The notes beneath the pieces were generated by a model. It had not been told where the DNA came from. It made no database searches and saw nothing but the letters and a program-made list of their open reading frames with translations. The translations under genes and the position numbers were made by a program. A DNA stretch of 64,000 nucleotides from the sequence record KU726251.1; one strand, 5' to 3'. Shown here one piece after another: positions 1 to 7,036 of the stretch (its first letter is position 1; every line of letters starts with the position of its first letter).

Positions 1-269
1 ACCTTGCGGACTGGCTGAACTATCTGGAGAACCCGACGCTGATTTACCGGGAAGTCCCTATCGAAGGGTTGCGTCAGTTCAATGTGCTGGCTTCGAAACT
101 GTTTCCTGTGGCTAACCGCTACGGGTATTTCAAGAAACCCACGGCAACGATGGCGGACTGTGTTCAGTCGTTATTTGGGCAGGTCCGCCTGGAGTCTAAA
201 CTCCACCGTTTTAATGATACGATTATGAAACGTATTGAGTACGCTTATAGAGCCCGAGGAGGTCGCTAA
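1..269 (+). CDS. Virion structural protein, C-terminal part (5' truncated by window)
   Basis: Frame 3 is open from the window edge (LADWLNYLENPTLIYREVPIEG...) to TAA 267-269; the stop overlaps the next ATG (TAATG). Confidence 0.6.
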   Translation, partial: LADWLNYLENPTLIYREVPIEGLRQFNVLASKLFPVANRYGYFKKPTATMADCVQSLFGQVRLESKLHRFNDTIMKRIEYAYRARGGR

Positions 270-1582
270 TGTCGTTTGGTCGGTTACAACAGATGGCGAA
301 CGGTCACATCGCTAATGCTCGGGGGTTACCGGCTATCGACTACGGGATATTCCTCACGGTACACGGTGCCCCAGTGACGGTGTTGAAGATGCTGTCTATC
401 ATTCACACCGGTCACTTTACGCGTGATATCTGTTTATTGACACATCTCACCTTGGCTATACCCTACAGCCACATGCGAATGATCACGTCGTCCGCAGAAG
501 GGGATTTGAAGGTAAAGCTGTTATTGCGTCGTGGACAGAAAATCGCGGGGGTCTTTAACTACCGCGGCATCGTGATAAATAACCGCGACCACAACGCGGA
601 AACACCGACGATGTTCTTGAGTCAGTCTGATGAGAAATCTATCGCTTTGGTAACATTGGAGCTGATGGATGAGTCGATGTGGTTCCTGCGTAATCGTCAA
701 GTGGGCGGCATCTACCACGAAACAGATGGGTTAACAGTGGCACGCTCGATACTGGCGGATACGTTGCCGGAAGGGGTGGCTGCAGAGGGGCAGTTGAAAG
801 GGATTGAATACGATGAAGAAGAACAGCAGGCATATCGGGACATCGTTATACCAGACTCCGAAGACTTCTTAAGCGTGTTTGATTATCTGCAGAACCATTA
901 CGGTGTTTACAGCAAAGGTATTGGGGTCTTCCAATACCTACAACGATGGTATCTGTATCGACCTTGGGACTCGTTGAAGTTTAATAACACAACGAAGCCT
1001 AAACTGGTCATCTATAATCTGCCTCGTGAACAGGCTGCTCACATTGACCGCACCACTGATATCGCGGGTAATGTTATCTATCTGATTTGTGGCGGCGACA
1101 CCAGTAGTTTGGAATACCGTGACCAGGCCGCGCTTAACCACGGTACGGGTTACCGGGTAGGGTCTGTACGTGTGTTGGATGGGCGTAGTAGTTCATTTAC
1201 GCCTGGCGACATCAGTATGACCACACCTGATAAGTTTGTGGCGCAGGCCGACCCTGCTGCGTATCCAGGCGGCGTGGTTAACGCACCAATCGATCCTGAT
1301 AAACACTTTAGTGATACCGATAAACCGCAGCGGTCTAAACTGGAGATGGGTCTGGGTACGATTGTGCAAACAACCTGGAACCGTTCAACGCACGGCATCC
1401 TATATCCTGGTATGCCAGTAAAATACGTTTTTGCCAACGAGTATGGGGTCTATACCCGCTACGGCACGTTGGTGGGTGAAGTGTTCCAGTCTGCTGTCGA
1501 CGGTCAAACGATGGCATCAGGACGTTATAACACCCAATCACAACTGAGTCTTTGGCTCAAAGATGAAAAATTTACAGCTTAG
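269..1582 (+). CDS. Putative baseplate hub-like virion protein (437 aa)
   Basis: Long coupled ORF; segments FDYLQNHYGVYSKGIG and ILYPGMPVKY resemble conserved phiKZ-group tail/baseplate proteins (recollection). Confidence 0.5.
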   Translation: MSFGRLQQMANGHIANARGLPAIDYGIFLTVHGAPVTVLKMLSIIHTGHFTRDICLLTHLTLAIPYSHMRMITSSAEGDLKVKLLLRRGQKIAGVFNYRGIVINNRDHNAETPTMFLSQSDEKSIALVTLELMDESMWFLRNRQVGGIYHETDGLTVARSILADTLPEGVAAEGQLKGIEYDEEEQQAYRDIVIPDSEDFLSVFDYLQNHYGVYSKGIGVFQYLQRWYLYRPWDSLKFNNTTKPKLVIYNLPREQAAHIDRTTDIAGNVIYLICGGDTSSLEYRDQAALNHGTGYRVGSVRVLDGRSSSFTPGDISMTTPDKFVAQADPAAYPGGVVNAPIDPDKHFSDTDKPQRSKLEMGLGTIVQTTWNRSTHGILYPGMPVKYVFANEYGVYTRYGTLVGEVFQSAVDGQTMASGRYNTQSQLSLWLKDEKFTA

Positions 1583-1594
1583 TCATCTAGTATG
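1571..1594 (+). promoter_or_regulatory. Bipartite phage promoter motif TTTAC-N15-TATG
   Basis: AAAATTTAC 1567-1575, 15-nt spacer, TATG 1591-1594, directly upstream of ORF 1626. Confidence 0.6.
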
Positions 1595-1625
1595 ACCCGT
1601 AAGTAACCTTAAGGAAAATATTGCA

Positions 1626-2423
1626 ATGAAAGCGATTCACACCTTTCGCATGACCGGCCAAACTGTTCTCGACATTGATGCGTACGAAGCCGCTAACTTC
1701 ACCAAACCGACCAAGCTCTGGGATCGCCTGGTTAAGGTACTACCGCAGAGCGGTGAGGTGCAGTTGGATTTTGTCATGGCATCGACGTTGGATAAGACAG
1801 TGGCAGTTATTTATACTGCTGACGGTGTGCAGAGTAAGAAGGACCTGGCAATCGAAGATAAAGGCGGGCTGGGTTATCACTTGTTCCTGCACTGCGTAAC
1901 CACTGCACCGATTTCAGCTGCGCTGGCGGGTCAGTACGGTTTCGCGAATGCGTATTTCCTGGCACAGAAACTCGCCGTGAATGTTATTCCGGGTGACGTG
2001 ACCACTTACCCTGAATACGTACAGCGTATCCTGCCAGAACACTTCGCTGCAGACGACTACGATTTCAATGTGTTCCGTTTCGCACTGATCGGCGAATCGC
2101 GCGATCCGGAGTACACCGTTGGCCTGCGTGCCTGTCTGCGTCACTCCGTTATCTCTTCGGATGAAGGGATGTCGAATAACGTGAACGAAGTGTTCCCGAT
2201 GATGCAAGTCGGTCCGTATATCACTTTCAACTCGTACATTCCGTTCCCGGCACAGATTCTGCCGCCGCAGAACGATAACAGTGTACTGCCAATCGCCGAC
2301 AAGTATTCACTGCGTGCGAGCGAAGCAGTTGAAGTGATTAACGATCGTCGCTTTACATTGTCAGTGACCAGCGGCATCAGTGAACCGGAAGTTGCGGTCT
2401 CACAGAGCCTGGATTTGATGTAA
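1626..2423 (+). CDS. Putative virion structural protein (265 aa)
   Basis: RBS AAGGA, host-like codon usage, followed by a terminator; lies in a structural block. Confidence 0.55.
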   Translation: MKAIHTFRMTGQTVLDIDAYEAANFTKPTKLWDRLVKVLPQSGEVQLDFVMASTLDKTVAVIYTADGVQSKKDLAIEDKGGLGYHLFLHCVTTAPISAALAGQYGFANAYFLAQKLAVNVIPGDVTTYPEYVQRILPEHFAADDYDFNVFRFALIGESRDPEYTVGLRACLRHSVISSDEGMSNNVNEVFPMMQVGPYITFNSYIPFPAQILPPQNDNSVLPIADKYSLRASEAVEVINDRRFTLSVTSGISEPEVAVSQSLDLM

Positions 2424-2430
2424 ATGTGTG

Positions 2431-2465
2431 CCTGGTCTCCTTGTGAGACCAGGTCTCTTTATTTT
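2431..2465 (+). terminator. Intrinsic terminator
   Basis: CCTGGTCTC-cttgt-GAGACCAGG plus T-rich tail. Confidence 0.8.
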
Positions 2466-2516
2466 AGCCCTCTAAACGCACTCACAACCTTCTAAAGCCA
2501 CTCTAACGGTAGAACG

Positions 2517-2570
2517 ACCCTCTATAGTGATAAAAGCTCTCAAAACGCGTTTGAGAGCGTTATAGAGGGT
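2517..2570. repeat. Long interrupted inverted repeat
   Basis: ACCCTCTATAG...GCTCTCAAA-acgcg-TTTGAGAGC...TTATAGAGGGT. Confidence 0.8.
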
Positions 2571-2589
2571 GTACTCTGAATAAAAATAA

Positions 2590-2662
2590 TTTCAGATATA
2601 TATTACCTAGGTGATAGAAGACAATCTATCAACTCAATCGACTATTAATCTAAAGGAGTATT
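2590..2662 (+). promoter_or_regulatory. Early promoter E1 with leader hairpin and conserved RBS leader
   Basis: TTTCAGATATATATTAC (contains the phiKZ early-promoter core TATATTAC), stem TGATAGA/TCTATCA, then AATCGACTATTAATCTAAAGGAGT. Confidence 0.8.
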
Positions 2663-2665
2663 GCC

Positions 2666-2809
2666 ATGTTAACTCGTAACCATAAACGTGCCATCTTTGC
2701 CATCGTTGCTGTTGTTGCTTTCGCGGTACTGTCTATCACTGTAACTCAAGATTACAATAAGTGTATCGATAACGGTAACTCTGTTGCCATGTGTACAGGT
2801 CGCGGCTAA
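2666..2809 (+). CDS. Small single-pass membrane protein (47 aa; not in ORF track)
   Basis: Strong RBS AAAGGAG; MLTRNHKRAIFAIVAVVAFAVLSITVTQDYNKCIDNGNSVAMCTGRG; the stop overlaps the next ATG. Confidence 0.8.
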   Translation: MLTRNHKRAIFAIVAVVAFAVLSITVTQDYNKCIDNGNSVAMCTGRG

Positions 2810-2991
2810 TGGACTTTTCTGATGCGCAGTTTGCCGAGTTCTTATCTCACCCGCGTGTTAAACGTGAGTGGGATAATCTCACTAACAGTGTTCGTCGTCA
2901 GGACGAAGAAGAAATCGTTCACGTTACCGCACAAGTCTTACTCGTCTCACCGACAGGTAATGTGTTTCCAATGCAGCAGGAGATTTACTAA
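2809..2991 (+). CDS. Hypothetical protein (60 aa)
   Basis: TAATG coupling at both ends. Confidence 0.7.
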   Translation: MDFSDAQFAEFLSHPRVKREWDNLTNSVRRQDEEEIVHVTAQVLLVSPTGNVFPMQQEIY

Positions 2992-3179
2992 TGGGTGTTT
3001 TAGTTAATTACGATGGTAAAAACGGAATCGTGCTTCGTGAAGTGGAAGATAACGAAACAGTAGAGGTGAATCCGCAAACCTCAGAACGCACATTTATCGT
3101 GGGGCCGAAAAGCGCACTACCGAAGCCGGACTGGAAAGAAGAGCTGGCGAAGTTCCGTGGGGAACTCGAGAAGAAGTAG
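2991..3179 (+). CDS. Hypothetical protein (62 aa)
   Basis: TAATG coupling; followed by a terminator. Confidence 0.7.
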   Translation: MGVLVNYDGKNGIVLREVEDNETVEVNPQTSERTFIVGPKSALPKPDWKEELAKFRGELEKK

Positions 3180-3190
3180 TATAGATAATT

Positions 3191-3220
3191 TAATACCACC
3201 TACGGGTGGTATTATTTTTT
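3191..3220 (+). terminator. Intrinsic terminator
   Basis: TAATACCACC-tacg-GGTGGTATTA plus T tract. Confidence 0.8.
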
Positions 3221-3231
3221 GCCTAAGGAAC

Positions 3232-3654
3232 ATGAAAATGATTAATGAGAAGCTCCAAAAGTATTTAAAGAATGACACCGACTGGATGGTTCTTGACCAG
3301 TACGGACGATTTGTTCCGCTATCCAAGGATTCCCCTATACCCCGTGACAAGGCGATTTATATTCCTGACGGTAAGGGCGGTTATCGTTTCTGGGAAGGCC
3401 AGGAAGTAAAAGAGGAAATGTTCTACATGGAGCCGAAGTTCCGTGCAGCGTTCCCATCGAAAAATATCAACGGCTATGTTTACAACGCAATTCCGCCGAT
3501 TACGCATCCTAACTTTGAGGTTGTGAACTACCCCGCAACTGTTCTGGATTGGCAACGTGCCATTAGTGAACACTACACGATTCCGCTTGAAGGTGTTTAC
3601 TTCCCATTCCGTGATATTAGTTTAGATGACTTTATTAACTCTCTTAAGGACTAA
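3232..3654 (+). CDS. Hypothetical protein (140 aa)
   Basis: RBS AAGGA before ATG 3232, in frame with track ORF 3157. Confidence 0.7.
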   Translation: MKMINEKLQKYLKNDTDWMVLDQYGRFVPLSKDSPIPRDKAIYIPDGKGGYRFWEGQEVKEEMFYMEPKFRAAFPSKNINGYVYNAIPPITHPNFEVVNYPATVLDWQRAISEHYTIPLEGVYFPFRDISLDDFINSLKD

Positions 3655-3658
3655 AAAA

Positions 3659-4519
3659 ATGTACAGCATTACTGATTTTATCAAAAGTTCAGATTTCCCC
3701 CTACCTCCCGACCACGAAGTATTGGCTAGCGATCCGTTAACCGATGCGGCCATTGTCCAGCTGGACCGCGACAAACGTCGTACTTACGTCGTGTTGGTCG
3801 AAGGGCAGAGCTACGGCCTGTCTTCTTACGACCTGGAGCAGCAAGAGCGTTTCCTCGATGAAAACCGCAAAACGTCAATGTATAGCGCTATCTCGCGCGC
3901 GTTGTGCAAGGTAATGGCAACCATTACAGACAGCAAAAAGCGTATCGCTGTGCTGCAGGGTATCAATGCGCTAACGACCAAAATCCAGCAACTTGAAGGT
4001 TTCCATTGCCCACGATTGGAAGCCGCACAGAAGGATGCTAAGGGCGATGAGGCCATGGCGCTGTTTGAAGGCAATACTGTCTTTGCAACAGCTGAAGCTT
4101 GTTATCTCACCTATCCAACTTTTAACTATACGCCAATCAGCGACACCGTAGACGGGATTAAAGTAGAGAACGTTGTGCAGTGGGGTCGCGCAAATCTCAA
4201 GTTTGTGATGTCCCATGAAGAAGAAAATCAAGACGGCCTTGGCCAGAAGATTCAACGTTGGTTCACGGCGCGTTTGGACGCCGACTGGGAAGCGCATGTT
4301 AACGCAGAGCTTCGTAAGTTTCACGCGGTAGTCGCATTGTTAAAAGAAGACGCTCCCGCCCCGAAACAATCGAAGGCACCAGTGGTTGGCTGGACGTGTT
4401 CCGGCTGTAACCGCAACCATGTCGCTACCGTACCGAGAACCCATCGCTACACTTCGCAGACAATGAACATTGCTTGTCCGGCTTGCGGTAAGATCAACGA
4501 AGTTGATTATAAACCGTAG
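3659..4519 (+). CDS. Hypothetical protein with C-terminal Zn ribbon (286 aa)
   Basis: RBS TAAGGA; CSGC...CPACG at the C-terminus. Confidence 0.7.
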   Translation: MYSITDFIKSSDFPLPPDHEVLASDPLTDAAIVQLDRDKRRTYVVLVEGQSYGLSSYDLEQQERFLDENRKTSMYSAISRALCKVMATITDSKKRIAVLQGINALTTKIQQLEGFHCPRLEAAQKDAKGDEAMALFEGNTVFATAEACYLTYPTFNYTPISDTVDGIKVENVVQWGRANLKFVMSHEEENQDGLGQKIQRWFTARLDADWEAHVNAELRKFHAVVALLKEDAPAPKQSKAPVVGWTCSGCNRNHVATVPRTHRYTSQTMNIACPACGKINEVDYKP

Positions 4520-4525
4520 TAGTAC

Positions 4526-4564
4526 CCCTCTTACCTTCGGGTAAGAGGGATTTGTATTTATTTT
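4526..4564 (+). terminator. Intrinsic terminator (28 bp identical to 31679-31706)
   Basis: CCCTCTTACC-ttcg-GGTAAGAGGG plus T-rich tail. Confidence 0.85.
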
Positions 4565-4567
4565 CCG

Positions 4568-4606
4568 AAAAGAAAATAAAAGGCGCTCTCTCCCGAAGGA
4601 GAGAGC
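4568..4606 (-). terminator. Minus-strand intrinsic terminator
   Basis: GCTCTCTCC-cgaa-GGAGAGAGC (UUCG loop on minus) preceded by an A tract. Confidence 0.7.
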
Positions 4607-4632
4607 TTATTCACATCCACTTAGAGGTTAAC

Positions 4633-4779
4633 ATGAATACCTTTATGCAACAACTGCGTCAGCAACAGCTGAAACAAGTCGCTTTTCAACAACGTCTGCA
4701 AGAGGTTACCCGCCAACCGCAGACTTCCACCCGTACCATTAAAGGACTAGGAGGTGAGATAATACTCAACAAGAGATAA
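4633..4779 (+). CDS. Gln-rich microprotein (48 aa)
   Basis: RBS GAGG; MNTFMQQLRQQQLKQVAFQQRLQEVTRQPQ...; host-optimised codons. Confidence 0.6.
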   Translation: MNTFMQQLRQQQLKQVAFQQRLQEVTRQPQTSTRTIKGLGGEIILNKR

Positions 4780-4922
4780 CAGGAATATTTGCCTGGAATA
4801 ATTATACCCGAGTGCTAGAACACTCGGGTAATTCCACGCATATAAATAGTTCGTCGTATTTTTTTTGATCTCGGCAGGACGCATAAACTGCCCGTAGGGG
4901 AGCCTAAGCTCCCCAGTGTTCG

Positions 4923-6485
4923 TTAGAACAAATCATCACCCATTCCACCGGTGAAGAAGTTGATAGACGACGCTGTTACGGTTTCTTCTTTATCACAATC
5001 CCAAGGCAGGATGCCTACATCCTGGAAAGGTATCACTGTGTAGTGATAAGATTCTTTAGTATCGATAATGGTGCGGTGTTTACCGCGTTGAACTTCTAAG
5101 AAGCTATGGCCGTTGACCACACGCTTGTTAAAATACATTTCACCATCGGCCTCGTTATCAAGGCTCGAACAACTATCGTAAAGACCACGACCAGGTAAGT
5201 TCTTACAGAAGCCTACCGGGTCTAACGCTTTTAAGCGCTTACCTTCTGGGGAAATCTGGTGTGGGGCAATTAAGAACCCACGGTTGCGTACCACTTGAAT
5301 GTTACGAGCAATACGATAAATTTCTTTGATATCACTCCCGGCAATACCGTTGCCGTGTCCTGCTTTGCTGATTGTGCCTAAGTAGTCTGCGCGAATGCCA
5401 ACAACATGATAACCGCGACGACGTAAGTCGAGAATAAGGTCGTTGATGTAGTGCACTTTAAAATCGGAGTTGGTGTGCTTTTGGAAAACGTAGTCCCAAC
5501 CGTTTGCGCGAATCTTACCACAGAGGTAATCAGACATTGCTGTTGTGTGTGCTAACTTCTCTTCAGCGGTCGCATCTTGTGAAATGGTCATCTGTGGAAC
5601 TTGTCCTTCAAAATGACCGTACAGAGCTTGATAGCCGTAAGCTAAGTTAACGTCGAGTTCGTTTTCTAAACTCAAGTCAAGAATAATTGGTTGCAGTGTG
5701 CCCTTCACATCCGCCATTACTTTCTCAGGCGTGTTGAAGATAGGAATCGATAGGCTCAGCAAGAGACTGAACAAAGACTTACAGTTAAAAGGTAACGCTG
5801 GCATTAGCCACAGTTCTTCGGTAATCCCTTTGTTACAACCGAGCATTTGGTTAATGGCTTTCCAGCCCGTCTGCAAACCATTACCTGCAGCTTTCTTGTT
5901 AATCGAGTCGAACACTTTAACAAACGGAGCACGATTATCTGTAACCAGCTCACCGACCAATGATGGAATCTTATTATGAGAGCGTTCACCGAACGTAGAT
6001 AACGCCTCTTTGAGTTCGAGCACTGCGGTGTTCAGATCAACACGTGTCTCAGTTCCATTCAATGCTCCGAACGCGCGACCCATTTTTGTTTTGAGTTCGA
6101 CGCTCTGTAAACATTGACGTAATTGGAAATAATATTGAGACAGTTGTCGATTAAGATGCTCGGTACGTTTGTCTTCTTCCTCGGGCAAATCGTCTTCGAG
6201 GAATTTGGTAATCGTATCGTATAGAGGACGTACTTGAGTGGTGGCCAGCTTCAAGCGCTTCATAACGCTCGCGTGGTCGTATTCCATGCCGCCGTCTATG
6301 ATAGATGTGATAATGTCCTTGATCTCGATGAGTGCAAAGCGCTCTTCGCCATCTTCCGCATATTCCGGAAGCTTGATCTGCATCAGAACTTTTCTTATGA
6401 CATCATGATCCTTGCTAGGGTCCGTCAGCATAGATTCTGTATACAGTGCGGCTAAGGCGGTTATCAACATCATTTTACTATTCAT
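4923..6485 (-). CDS. dnaB: SF4 (DnaB-like) replicative helicase, phiKZ gp118-type
   Basis: TGWKAINQM (H1 region), degenerate Walker A PALPFNCKS, SLENE, Walker B IRADYL, PHQIS, QRGKHR; divergent upstream of the capsid gene as in the phiKZ group. Confidence 0.85.
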   Translation of the reverse strand: MNSKMMLITALAALYTESMLTDPSKDHDVIRKVLMQIKLPEYAEDGEERFALIEIKDIITSIIDGGMEYDHASVMKRLKLATTQVRPLYDTITKFLEDDLPEEEDKRTEHLNRQLSQYYFQLRQCLQSVELKTKMGRAFGALNGTETRVDLNTAVLELKEALSTFGERSHNKIPSLVGELVTDNRAPFVKVFDSINKKAAGNGLQTGWKAINQMLGCNKGITEELWLMPALPFNCKSLFSLLLSLSIPIFNTPEKVMADVKGTLQPIILDLSLENELDVNLAYGYQALYGHFEGQVPQMTISQDATAEEKLAHTTAMSDYLCGKIRANGWDYVFQKHTNSDFKVHYINDLILDLRRRGYHVVGIRADYLGTISKAGHGNGIAGSDIKEIYRIARNIQVVRNRGFLIAPHQISPEGKRLKALDPVGFCKNLPGRGLYDSCSSLDNEADGEMYFNKRVVNGHSFLEVQRGKHRTIIDTKESYHYTVIPFQDVGILPWDCDKEETVTASSINFFTGGMGDDLF

Positions 6486-6499
6486 GGAGCATCCTTAAA

Positions 6500-7024
6500 A
6501 TGCAAATTCGTTTTAGTCCACCGTGGGAAGTTCAATCTAACATAGATAAAGGGGCTGGCGTTAAAAAGTTGGAGGAACTCCAAGCAAGCTTCTTTAACTG
6601 GTTATATGACTGCTCGTCGGGCTTTAGTTCCATCATACTGCCAGTGAGTGACCCTATTTCGATTTATAAATCGATTATGGCACCACCTGCACTTCCGACT
6701 CTTTATTATGACCAGGTCTTAAACCTGGTTGAGAAAGGTACGAATGAAACCCTTGCTGATTTATATGGGGAATCATTCGACGGTCGTTTACGTTGGGTGT
6801 TCTCACAACGTGGCGATGTTGTTGTGGCGTCTTTTGCAGAAGCTAAATCCGGACCGGGTTTTTCTTTAAGTGAAGACCACGCTGCGAAAAAGATGTTCTG
6901 CGCAGAACTTTTTAAATATATGCGTCCCAAGACTCGTGTCGTGGATGATACGTTCAGTACGTCGACGCAGTTTGCTGCGCACGAAGTGCTGACGCAGTTG
7001 TACGCATGTCATTTATCTAAATAA
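6500..7024 (+). CDS. Conserved hypothetical protein upstream of major capsid (174 aa)
   Basis: ATG 6500 in frame with track ORF 6446; syntenic position. Confidence 0.65.
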   Translation: MQIRFSPPWEVQSNIDKGAGVKKLEELQASFFNWLYDCSSGFSSIILPVSDPISIYKSIMAPPALPTLYYDQVLNLVEKGTNETLADLYGESFDGRLRWVFSQRGDVVVASFAEAKSGPGFSLSEDHAAKKMFCAELFKYMRPKTRVVDDTFSTSTQFAAHEVLTQLYACHLSK

Positions 7025-7036
7025 GGTAAACTTGAA

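Noticed and set aside
4795-4920. tRNA or tmRNA in the multi-hairpin gap
   Set aside because: No cloverleaf, T-psi-C (GTTCGA) arm or CCA end.
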